Source: Girardia tigrina (lineage: Eukaryota). From it: DNA of 50,527 nt. Each line of letters begins with the position of its first letter. Position 1 is the stretch's first letter. The stretch spans positions 27,797 to 78,323 of the forward strand of contig MQRK01253347.1 in assembly GCA_001938485.1 (NCBI GenBank). The letters are read 5' to 3'. Below the pieces are notes generated by a model, which was not told the origin of the DNA, searched no databases, and saw nothing but the letters and a program-made list of their open reading frames with translations. Both the position numbers and the translations under genes were made by a program. This document shows positions 37,312 to 48,443 of this stretch, piece by piece.

Positions 37312-40300
37312 TTCCCCCCGTTTTTGAAATTTTTGAATTTTTCAACATTCCGTATTATTTGTCTATCATTTTTATCCTTCAGCCTATAACTCTTATCATA
37401 GATCTCTTCTATGATTTCATATGGTCCCTCAAATCTGTCTTCGCCTTTCGTCCTTATTTCCTTCTGTATCTTTTATTCTTTTTCTTATATCCTCTCGGTC
37501 TATTTTGCTTTCATTGTGCCACTGTTGTCTGTCTATTTTCTTACCAAACATCACTTCCGCTGGACTGCACCCAATTGTTTTTTGTTTTGTTGCATTTAAT
37601 GCGAATTCCACTTCTGGTAATATATCTGCCCAACTCATGGCATTTCTTTCTTTTAAACTAGCTTGAATAAATTCTCGAATGGTACTGAATTGTCTTTCGA
37701 TTATTCCGTTTGTATTGTGGTGGTATGGACTGGAGAAAATTATTTTAACGCCTTTATTCTCCAACATTTCTCTAACTTTTTTTGCCTCAAAACTCTTACC
37801 ACAATCAACATGTATCTCTTTTGGTGCACCAAATTTTAATATCCATTTTTGTAATATTGTTTGTACAATTGTGTCTTCGTCCTGTCTCTTGATTGCCATC
37901 AAGCTGATGTACTTGCTAAAATGGTCTATCATTCCGAGAATGTATATTTCTCTTCTTACTATTTCATGCCACGGTCCACATATATCTATATAAACCTTTT
38001 CAAATATTTCTGACTCTGTTATTTTAACGTTTTCTTCCTTTGTCTTCGTGGTCATTGTCTTTGTTCCGACCACTTCCTTTACTGTTTTCTTTTCCTCCTC
38101 CATATCAAACTTGTCCCTCAGATATTCGTATACTTTTTCTGCTCCTGCATGATACAATAATCTATGTGTTTGTATGATTAAATCGTTCCGTTTTTCTTTT
38201 GGTATTCATTCTTTTTGACCAGCTCTCGCTTGGCTCCTTGTAGTCACTGCTAATAATCTAGTCTTATTCTTACCCTTTTTAGCTTCTTCATGTTCCATTT
38301 GACACTGGGTACACGTGTCGCAGTTTCGTCTGGATAGCATATCCACGTTGTTGTGTAGTTCTCCTTTCCGGTATTCTATTTCTATATCTAAACTACTCAA
38401 GTAATTCATCCACGTTTAGAATTAAGCTGTTAATGGTTTCTTTGTATGAAACATGAACGTTATAGCTTTATGGTCCGTTCTCAGTTTAAATTTTTTCCCG
38501 TACAAGTAATAATTGAAATGCTGACAGAAATAAAAAAATTCCAAAAGTTCTCTTCTTGTTATGCAATATCCTTTTTCGTGTGCTGTCATTGAATGTGATC
38601 CATATGCTATTATTTGCTCCGTGCCTGATTCACCTATCTGCGATAGTACGGCCCCTATGCTGCCAAACTAGCGTCTGTATCTAGAATAAACTGTTTTTTT
38701 TGAAATTTGGAAAACTCAATATTGGTGCCGTTATCAATGCTTTCTTCATGTCCTGAAAAGCTATTTCACATGCATCTGTCCAAATTATTTTTTCTTTATT
38801 CGAGCCACACATTCCTTCCAATATTTTAGCTTTCTTCGCATATCCATTTATAAACATTCTGTAGTAATTGCAAATTCCTAGAAAACTTCTTAAATTTTTG
38901 ATACATGAGGGTCTTTGAAAATTCTCTACTGCTGCTATTTTTTCTGGATCAGTCTGTATCCCTTTATCATTTATAACGTGTCCTAAAAATTTTACTTCTT
39001 GTCGTAATATTTTACATTTCGATGGTTTGATTCTTAATCCTGTCTCCTTTATTCTTCCAAATACTTCTTTTACTACGTTATAATGTTCTTCCTTTGTGCT
39101 TGTTGCTATTAATATGTCGTCCAGATAAACAGATGCTCCCTTCTTTATCGGTTTTAATACTTTATTCATTAGTTCCTGAAATGTTCCTGGGGCCGCTGCT
39201 ATCCCGAAAGGCATCCGTTTAAAACAGAAAAACCCTGATTTAGTGGAAAACGCCGTTTTTCCTGTGATTCCTTGTCCAATTCTATCTGGTAATATGCATT
39301 TCCTAAGTCTATTGTACTGAAATATTTGGTTCCATGTAGCCTATCCATCATTTCCGTTATATTTGGCATGGGTAATGCCTGTCTCTTTGTAATTAAGTTT
39401 AACTGTCTGAAATCTAGACATAGTCTGATTTCGTCCTTGTCTTTTTTCCAAACGCATACTATTGGTGTGTTCCATTATGAATTACGTGGCTTTATTATTC
39501 CATTTTCCTCTAAATTTTTTATTGCTTCTTCAAGTTTGTCCTCTAAATGTACCGGCTGTCTTCTTGGTTTTATGTTTATAGGTCCCACTGTTGTTTCTAT
39601 TCTGTGTCGTAACAAGTTTGTACACCCGATATCCCAGTCGTTTGCATGAATATGCCTTGATATTGGTGAATTATCTCTTCTAGTGCTTTATCATTTCGCG
39701 TATCGATCATTTTCAATGCTTCTTTTCTTCGTTCTTCGTCTGTGATTCCTTTCCCAAACTTGGCCTCGATTTCACATATGTTAATTTTACTCTTATCCTG
39801 TTGTTTATATTCTTTCCATTTTAGCTCTATTCCGAATTCCTTCATTAATGGCATGCCCCCAATCATGTCTGGTCTTAAATTCTTTACTATTATAAATCTT
39901 ATTTTCTCTGATTTCTTCCCAATTTTTTCAGTGTTTCTATTTCTCTTCTAACATCCATTTTTAATCCATTTGCTGCTGTCAATTTCTGATTTGTTTGTTC
40001 CATTCGTGTGCTCTTCAATTTCTTGAGTATTTCTTCTGTCATTACGTTTATGGCTGCTCCCGTATCTAATAGACATTCAATTTCCGTGTCCTCAATCATG
40101 ACTCTGATACTTGGTCGACCCTCTAATCTGTTGTATACAATTGGTACATTTTCATAATTCGTTATTATTAACAATTCCCTTTCATCATACGTGTCTTTTT
40201 TTATGAATTTCGCAACTTTGTGACTTGTTTCTGGTTCCTGATAGAAGTTCGGCTCACCCATGAATTCTGACTTATTTTCATTAATTTCATATTTTATGTT

Positions 40301-40400
40301 ATTTATATTTAATTTATTATTTATATTATTTATATTATTAAAATTATTACTACTATATATATAATTTATATGATCTGGTCTATCTTTAAAAAAACTTACT
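37312..40400 (-). pseudogene. pol: Gypsy pol (protease, RT, RNase H, integrase with GPY motif), several frameshifts and stops
   Basis: LLDTGAAINV; LCLDFRQLN; MPFGIAAAPGTFQ; VYLDDILI; RTDHKAI; YIDICGP..IHVDCG..NGIIERQF; GPYEII; the frame runs through the PPT. Confidence 0.93.
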
Positions 40401-41484
40401 CCAATGCCAAGATCGGTTCCTCGTCGTCTTGGCACGACTCGTTTTTTTCTGTATTTTCTCGCTTTTCTCGGTATTCTTCCTTCTCCATCATCGCGATCTG
40501 TCTTCCTCTTTCGAATCCTCTTCTGTAGTCGTCTGAGTTCCGATTTTCTGGACTCTTCGTTTGTGAATCTGAGAATTGCTGGCAATCTCTTTGGGTTCTC
40601 CTTTGATAATCCGTTCTCCCTTGGTATCGTTTGTTCAGATTCGTGTAACATTCCTCAGCTCTATGTCCTGGATTGTTACATCTTCCACATCTTACCTTTT
40701 TGCATTCTCGTCGCACATGACCTTCTTCTCCACATGCATGGCATGTGATCTTCCTCTGACGTTTACATTCAAAGCTCTTATGTCCAACTGCCTTACAGTT
40801 CCAACATGTGATGTTGTTCTGCATCGAATATTGTCTTCCGAAGGTATATCCTTTCCTCATTATATTTTTTGTTGCCAGTTCCGTCGTCGTGGTTGTTTTG
40901 ACCACATCTCTATATGTTGGTCGTATTGCGTGCACCGGATTTTCCATTCTCCGGACTTCGTCTACTTTCCTAATGACGTTTTTCACCTCTGCTAATTCTT
41001 TCACATCTCTAAATTTGATTTCTTTCTTCACGTCACTATCTTTTGACGCGTGAATCAGAAGGCATTTCTCTATCTCCGTCTCTGTCCACTCATGCTTCAT
41101 CAATTTTGCCGCCAACTTTTTTGCTTTAACAAAGAATTCCTCCACTGATTCTCCCGATCTCTCGAAGTTCACCGCTTCTATTAAATCATCCATTAACGTG
41201 CTTTTCGTCTGAAAAGCTTGTCGTAACCGGGCTTCATATCCCTTCACTTCGGGACCCACACTTTCGTATATTGGTACGAGTTCGTGTGACAATAACCCAA
41301 TTACCAAAATCTCTTGCATACTTTCCGATACTTTGGCCACTTTGAAGTATCTTACGCAAGCCGAAATGAATGTTTCCACATTATTTTGTCGCCTAAATTT
41401 GTCTGGTATAAGCCTCGAAATTAGTTGTTCGGAGCTGCTGGCGATGGTCGACATGTTGGGTTCTTGATCAATATTAGAATTCAT
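40396..41484 (-). CDS. gag: Gypsy Gag with three CCHC zinc knuckles (intact ORF)
   Basis: CWNCKAVGHKSFEC, CHACGEEGHVRREC, CGRCNNPGHRAEEC; 362-aa ORF starting inside the 5' LTR. Confidence 0.93.
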   Translation of the reverse strand: MNSNIDQEPNMSTIASSSEQLISRLIPDKFRRQNNVETFISACVRYFKVAKVSESMQEILVIGLLSHELVPIYESVGPEVKGYEARLRQAFQTKSTLMDDLIEAVNFERSGESVEEFFVKAKKLAAKLMKHEWTETEIEKCLLIHASKDSDVKKEIKFRDVKELAEVKNVIRKVDEVRRMENPVHAIRPTYRDVVKTTTTTELATKNIMRKGYTFGRQYSMQNNITCWNCKAVGHKSFECKRQRKITCHACGEEGHVRRECKKVRCGRCNNPGHRAEECYTNLNKRYQGRTDYQRRTQRDCQQFSDSQTKSPENRNSDDYRRGFERGRQIAMMEKEEYREKRENTEKNESCQDDEEPILALE

Positions 41485-42186
41485 AACACCAAAAATTTAT
41501 TCAAAAATTTAAAGGATGAACTTTTCACATGAGTCGTTCACAGCGTACATGGTAGTGAGTGATGTATAGTGATGCATAATGTTGTCAGTGCATCACATTA
41601 TCTCTTTCTGCTAAACGCGATGGAATAACATTTAAAAAATGTTTCGATATCTGACAGATTAATGTTGGGTCATCGTCATAGACGACAAAACAGTGACAAA
41701 CTATAATGATCAACCACACTGACACTAACCCTTTTATAAATTTATTAATTATATATTTATGCTTGAATCAAATTTCAATTTGAAGCAATGTTATATCCTT
41801 GGATGTTCCTCGAAATATTGTTTTTAGCAAATCTCACCTTTATTACAGATAGTAATAATTTTGTGTCGATAGTGATGCAAGTATCACATTGAGTGTTTCT
41901 ATGACTAGTAAAATATTTACTAGGAAGTGTTTACTTTCACGCCTTAAATGTAAATTAGCGTATTTATATGTTATACAATAAATTCTTAAAACCGATTTGA
42001 CTATTTATTAATCTTAAATTGAACAATATAAAAGGTATAAAATCAATATTCATAGTAAATGATAGTCAAGAAAATAGTATTCCAAGTAATAGAATGTCGA
42101 ATAATAATTTTTCGAGATGAACTAAAATCTCATCAAATACAAGTTTGGATTTTATAATTTAACTCTAAATATAGATTCTTCGAGCA

Positions 42187-42300
42187 TTAATTATAGACAT
42201 TTAGATTAGCTACATATTTAGACAAAATATCAATTCCAGTTAATTAATTATAGACATTTAGATTAGCGACATATTTAGACAAAATATCAATTCCAGTTAA
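42187..42300. repeat. 57-bp tandem duplication
   Basis: Two adjacent copies differing at one base (TAGCTAC/TAGCGAC). Confidence 0.9.
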
Positions 42301-42741
42301 TTATTTATCTTAAATTTTCAAATAACGAATATTTATTTACCGCGTTTTATGTACCTTAGCTCATTTGGTCTGTTATATAGTAATTATTTGCCGCAATTTT
42401 TATAGCCTGTGCCATGAAATTTTGCAAACTTATTCATTTAACAATGTATTTAAATACTAATTTATCTATACATTTACCAATTCAAAATAAAAAATTATAT
42501 AAGCTCCAGATTATTGAGGAATATAATCACAATAAACAAAATCTTTAAAGAATCGATTGATTATTCGTGTTAAATTACCATCTAGATATTTTTTTAAAAA
42601 ATAATATTTTAAATATAATTTTTTTGATCATTAACCACAGAATCCGTTAGCGACATAAAATATCAATTTTATTATATTTAACCACCCTCATTTGACGAAA
42701 TTTCAAATTTATTATTCAATTTGTTGTATTATAAATTAGTG

Positions 42742-42948
42742 CAGTGGTTTCCAGCCTTTTTTGTACCGGCGCCCCCCTTTTAAAAATATTGGTGCGCCCC
42801 CCTTTAAAAAAATTTTTGATTCATTTTTTGTGACACCTATTCGAATTTTTTGGTTGTATTCAAAAATGATATTTTGGAAACAGCTGTATGTCCCCTTGCA
42901 ACAGTCTCGTGCCCCCTGGGGGTGCGCTTCACAGGTTGGAAACCACTG
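42742..42948. mobile_element. hAT (Charlie/Buster-type) MITE, 207 bp
   Basis: TIRs CAGTGGTTTCCA(G/A)CCT; 8-bp TSD AATTAGTG/CATTAGTG with central TA. Confidence 0.9.
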
Positions 42949-43029
42949 CATTAGTGTATCACCATTTCATACAACGGCAAACAATTAAATTATTACGTGA
43001 ATAATACCGAATAAAAATATTTAATTTAC

Positions 43030-43170
43030 AGTGACTTGCAGTTAACAGCAAATTATTGTCGGTCATGTTGCTACATATTAGGATTGTGATTCTTTCTTTC
43101 GACATTTTCCAACCAATGCATTTGTCTTCTTTGAATTTGACTAACAGATGGATGGTGAAGATCTTCATGA
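43030..43170 (-). mobile_element. Second Tigger/pogo fragment
   Basis: KEDKCIGWKMSKERITILICSNMT motif. Confidence 0.7.
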
Positions 43171-43513
43171 CTTCATCAGCAATCAAAAAATTCGAAATAA
43201 GACCAAATGAAGGAAACTATAGACAAGTAATGTTTACAGATTATAGACAGGTATATGACAAAGACCAAGAAAACGAGGATGCATGATCACAAGGAGTGGT
43301 GATCAGTGTCCTTCATTAAAAAGTAAAAATGTTGGTGTATGTGATTGTGTGTGTGTGTAATGATTGAGTGTTGGAAGATACCCCTATCGCAGTTTGCGAA
43401 TTAGATTGTTGGAAAGAAGTATATGATACATACTGTTTTAATAAAGAAACGTTTAATTTGCTAAACGAAGACCGTTTAAACGTTTAGAAAATTTTAAAAC
43501 GTGCCCACGTCTA

Positions 43514-43870
43514 ATCTCATCACAATTAAAAATAATTTTTGGTGCGTAATTTTTAAAATTTAATTCAATATCTTTTAAAAATTTTCTGCGCTTTTATATC
43601 AGAAACTTTGTTTATCAGCACATTTTTGTTCTCCACTTAATTTTACCCATTCTATATTGTGTGGGCTTTTAAAATTTATCAACCATCCATTTGAAGCAGC
43701 AAATCCTTTTATCTTAAGAGTTGTCGAAATTTTTTAAGTCAGTTCTGTTTACTGGTTTGTTAGATTCTCTCGTTTTTCTATAAATCTGAAAAACTTTTAT
43801 TTTGAATTTCTTTATAAATTCTGATTTATGTGGAATTTCATAAAAATTTTTTATGATTGTCCGTAATATT
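43514..43870 (-). mobile_element. Tigger/pogo transposase, N-terminal half (CENP-B-type HTH to first catalytic D)
   Basis: GFAASNGWLINFKSPHNI and NYAPKIIFNCDE ending at 43514; continues at 34722. Confidence 0.85.
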
Positions 43871-44589
43871 CATATTTCGCTTCAATGAGTTTTTGTTTAT
43901 TTTATGTCTAACCGAAGGAAGATCAATTATCTCCGGTGTATTAAAAAGATATGAATAAAAAGCAAAGAGGTGCAGATGACATTGCGTTAAGCTAAATGTC
44001 AGCACAAAGCGATGATTCAAACTGGAACACATAGTTTTAGTAACATCTTTCCAAGCTCCCAAGAATCTAACACCAAATGAGAAAATAAATAACGAAAAAA
44101 TTTTTTATGTTTTATTTTTTATTTTCTTTTGATGTGGCGAGGCTTGTGCATGATTGGGTTCATCAACGGCCCAACGGCTAAGGTCCAAAAGAAGAATCTT
44201 AATTTAAAACTTATATTGTGCTTACTTTGTTTATCACTAATTAAAATGTCTTTTGCTTATATAATTAATAAACTATATTATTAACTCGCATGTTCGTCTG
44301 TTATTAATAAATTCTGATGATAATTCTTCTTTGAAAACTTCACTGAATTGAGGTCATCGAACCAGTTTGTTTTCCAAGTGAAAGGAATTTTACTAAAGTA
44401 CTACTTTTTTTACTCAGAGCACTAGTAGTATCATAATAGACTATACGAGAGAATTTCGTACAGAACAGATCTTTAGTGATTATGTTGGTCTCCTAAATTA
44501 AGTAAATAAGAGAAAGCGGTCTCTGAAAAGTAATTAATACTCCTACCACCAAATTCCACAAATCTGTATCACAACTTTAACAACGTTCT

Positions 44590-44830
44590 ATTGTACAAAA
44601 TATTCACCATTCGTGTCAACCAACGTCTTCCATCGTTCAATTAGCAAGACATGCCGCATAAATATAAAGTTGGAGTGATTGATTCATAAAGCTTAATTCA
44701 TAAAAGATTGATTCATATTTTTGATATGATGTTTTGTAAAGTTGAGGTTTACCAGGAAATTCAATTTTGACCGAAAAAGATGGAATATTCTTGGAGATGT
44801 GTGCGCTATACGGCGGATGTGACAGATTAC
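44590..44830 (-). mobile_element. mariner 3' fragment
   Basis: SHPPYSA.. and LIERWKTLVDTNGEYF motifs. Confidence 0.6.
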
Positions 44831-45539
44831 TTAAACGAACTTTAATAATATTGTCACTGGTCTTGTTTGCAATACACAGTTGTGCATTATGGCGGGGCAG
44901 TAGAATCCATTTTCAGTTTACCAAAGAAGCTTAGGATTCGAGCAAAACTTTTGGTTAATTATAGCACTTTTAGCACAAAACACATCAGAAAAATTTGTTT
45001 GGCGTCGAAGAAATAATACAGATGAAAGATCTACTTAAAGTCCACCAAACTGTCACCCCAATCTTTCTCTGATGAATATTTTCATCCGAACACTTTACTG
45101 AAAGCGTTTCGTAATGTCCTTGCAGTTTCAGATAAGCGAGCACAAATCATTTTGCATCCACAAAGCGAAGCAGCAACATGTGCAATCTTGAATATGCGCA
45201 CTGTCCCGCATATTGTTCTCGCACTTTATTTACACGTGTTTTCATGAAAAGATGCAAAGCAAAAGTTTTCGAAAACTACACGATTTTGTAGTATGATTGT
45301 GATTGTTAATGGAGCACAGGCGAACGTTGATCGCCTTGCACCACCTAATGGAAGAGCGAGATGTTCGCTTCATTGTACCAAATTTCGTCTTGCAACAACT
45401 TTAATCGCAATGAAACATGTTCACAATTTAACGCACGTCATGAACAAATAATACCAATAATCAAAAAGAAATACAAAAGGATCAAGAGAGAGAAAATAAA
45501 GACAATTATACATATTTTATTAGACAAATCGCTGAGAAA

Positions 45540-48420
45540 TGCGTAGTCAGACAGAACAGAGTCAAAGTCCGTATTCTCTGTACAGATCATCGGTCTCCTG
45601 GTCTCTGCTGTTCCCGACCGCGTTCCACATGAATCCCATCGCCTGGTTGACGACAGTGGGCTTAACGGAGAGACTGTCGATTTCATCGAAGTGCTCGAGA
45701 CAAAGCTTGTCAGTGGCCGTGTGGCGGTTGCGGCTCCAATGTTTGGTCGACAGCTCACAAAACTCACTATCACCCAAGGCCAAGTCACACATGGGAGCTA
45801 TCTGTGAATGGAATTTTGTCGTTGCCAGTCGTTCCTGTCCAACGCGACAGAGACGTTCTCGGCCGCTCTGATGAGGCTTGTTTGGCTTGTAGTGCGGACA
45901 AATTATCTCGGTACGTCCAGAACTGAACCGAGCGAGGAAACACATCCAAATCGATATCATAGTTGTCGTAATTGTCGAACAGCTCGTCAGAATCTTCCAA
46001 GCTGTCATCGTTGAGCCGACTGGCCCTCTTACTGATCAGCCACATCGGTTCCAACAGTTGCCTCACCATTCTCTGAATGTTAACAAATCGCCAGCACCGG
46101 TCCCAAAAAACATTTTATATTATCATCCTTCAGTACGAATTGAAGTAACAAATCAAATTGTAAGGAAGATCAATGTCTCAATAGAGATATTGATCTGCGA
46201 ATCTACATCATGTGTTTCATCGCGAGTATCTTACAAGAGCGACATTAATCGCGACTGCACTACATCTTGGAGTTCTGCTGCCACAGTGTTGTGGATCCTG
46301 CGCTCCAGAGAAGATCTCCTGTCTCTCAATAAGATCGAGAAGCACTTATACACAAGTCAGCACCCTTGAATTATCAGTGCGTGTGAGCAGAGAACCTGGC
46401 CTTATTCGTCCAGGATGTCCGCATGACTGGCACGGTCGCTGATCTGAGCTGAGTCAGTAACTGAATGTTGCCAATGGAGCTGCTGGCTCAAAGGAGATTG
46501 TTTCAGGCGCTAACAACCTCTGGCGATCGAATATGAGATACACAACCATTGGCGATAAGAGACAGTGGTCTGATGATGATGGCCCGATTCAATAGATAGA
46601 TTTGCATACTTTTAGTTCAGTCATGAAATAATATTAACAATGTGCATTTAATGTGAAAAAATATCGATTTAATATGGAAAAATATCGTTTTAATATTGAA
46701 AAATATCGATTCAATATAGAAAAATATCGATTTAATATGGAAAAATATCGATTTAATATGGAAAAATATCGATTCAATATGGAAAAATATCGATTTAATA
46801 TGGAAAAATATCGATTTAATTTGAAAAAATATAAATTAAATAAGAAAAAATTTTCATTTTATATGAACAAATATCGATTTAATATGAAAATATATCGATT
46901 TATTATTCGAAATTGACTCCAAATGTGACAAAATTACTCAAACGAGTGTATTTTTAAAAAATTTTCCTCATTTTAAATCTATATTTGTTCACATTCAATG
47001 CGAGTTGTTAATACCATTTCATGACTGAATTGAAAGTATTGAAGAGTTGCAGAGATCGCGAATCGGCAATAAATGTATCCGTGTGTGTGTGTGTTACAGA
47101 AACATTCTTACAACACTTATTACTGTGCATGTCTCGCGACTTCATTCTCGATCGCCGCCAACCACCAAGTAATGTGTCAGGTAATGAGACGATAATTCGC
47201 GGGAGCTTCCCTCTGTAAATGCCTAATTTGTCAGCACTTGTTGGATATTGGCGCCACAAGTCGGTGCAGCTCCATTGGTAACATTCAGTTACTGACTCAG
47301 CTCAGATCAGCGACCGCGCCAGTCATGCGGACATCATAGACAAATGAGGCCAGGTTCTCTGAAATATCCAAGTAGCGTTCACGTGACTTACAAGATATGT
47401 GCGAGACACGAGCAAGTGGTTCTGCCATCTGCAGCACGAACTTGCTGCACATTAGCGACACCCATATGAGTTTGTGCACATTTATTAACACCACAAGCGC
47501 CTCACTATTGGACTTTGTTCTCGATTGATATATTTCTGAATCCATACTAATTCTCTTCAATGAATGAAGACATTTATTACACATTACTAAATACAGAGAT
47601 TCTAATTGGTTAAAATTAAATCTAAACATTTTAAAAAAGTTCCAATTAAATTAATAAATTAAAATTATAAATTACATAAAAATTAAATGATACATTGAAG
47701 AATTATTTCAATTGGTGGAGTCAAAATAATGACCGATCTGGACGGAGAGACAATCCCAATCGACACAGTTCCAATCATTCCTCACACCGCAGACGGCAGA
47801 ATCTCGCGCTTGTGTCTTTCCCTTGACAGTGGAGTAGTACAATGGAATTCAGACAGGTATTATAAGATGCCATGCGATGTTCGCACCGGTCCCCTCGCAG
47901 ATCTACCGCCAGTTGATTAAATTAAGTCCCACTTCAACTTACCCAGTAGCCAAGTTCCTTCACAAAATCAATCTTCCCCCTTCCTTAAATTTGTTATGAC
48001 ACTCGAAATTTAAAGGGTAATTTATCGACATATGCGCTGATTGTTTAATGAGAGTTCTTTGTTACATTGGGGAAGAGAATGAATACATAAATCGATTACA
48101 CGAACCTGGTAGAGCGGCACAAGGAAATGCGCACTGAAAGCGGCCGTCCTGAAAAGAGCCTGATGGTACGCCTCCCGGAATGAATCGCTACCCGAGACGA
48201 TGTTGTGCCGAGGCGTCTCGAATTGGAATGAGTCTCAGACGAGGTCAAATTATCGAGGAGGCGCGGCAAAAAGACAGACAGCAGCTAAATGGAGGGACGC
48301 GATCCAACAACATGATAGCAGAGTGGCCCTGTGATTCCGTTAGCTCCAGCCAAACTGCGACCTCGCCAAGTAGTTCATGAGACGCGCACCACACACAACT
48401 CGTACCTGACTGGAGCTCTC
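45540..48420. pseudogene. Less AT-rich block of unidentified, decayed gene fragments with very short intron-like segments, partly in inverted duplicate
   Basis: Coding-like composition; GT..AG segments of 25, 33 and 35 nt; 96-bp inverted paralogous block beginning at an acceptor; stops in all plausible frames; no protein family recognised. Confidence 0.4.
46653..46905. repeat. 21-bp tandem array (AATATGGAAAAATATCGATTT), about 12 copies
   Basis: Directly visible; degenerates toward the right end. Confidence 0.95.
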
Positions 48421-48443
48421 ATTGCCGGGCAGTTGAATATTCG

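Larger units (their letters stand above)
37223..41542 (-). mobile_element. Full-length compact Ty3/Gypsy LTR retrotransposon (4,320 bp)
   Basis: 89-bp LTRs at 37223-37311 and 41454-41542 (one mismatch, TG...CA); TSD GCGTA; PPT AAAAACGGGGGGAA; gag-PR-RT-RH-INT order. Confidence 0.97.
34721..43513. mobile_element. Non-autonomous hAT-like element with GTTTAAAC(G) subterminal repeats, hosting nested insertions
   Basis: TAGAGGTTGGCA (34923) versus reverse complement of the right end TAGACGTGGGCA (43513). GTTTAAACG motifs at 34721-34790, 34942-34990 and 43450-43500. Outer boundaries coincide with the Tigger breakpoint. No TSD recognised. Confidence 0.55.

Noticed and set aside
37359-41053. Plus-strand ORFs antisense to the Gypsy gag/pol
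   Set aside because: Shadow ORFs of A-rich coding sequence on the opposite strand, with no independent motifs.
46388-46600. Alternative genetic code (TGA=Trp or TAA=Gln) to rescue the reading frames
   Set aside because: The SLC15 gene ends in TGA and TE ORFs use standard stops. Frameshifts are also needed, so pseudogene decay is the simpler explanation.
46653-46916. ORF of MEKYRFN heptad repeats; possible CRISPR-like array
   Set aside because: The ORF is a by-product of a 21-bp tandem repeat. There are no unique spacers or cas genes, and the context is eukaryotic.
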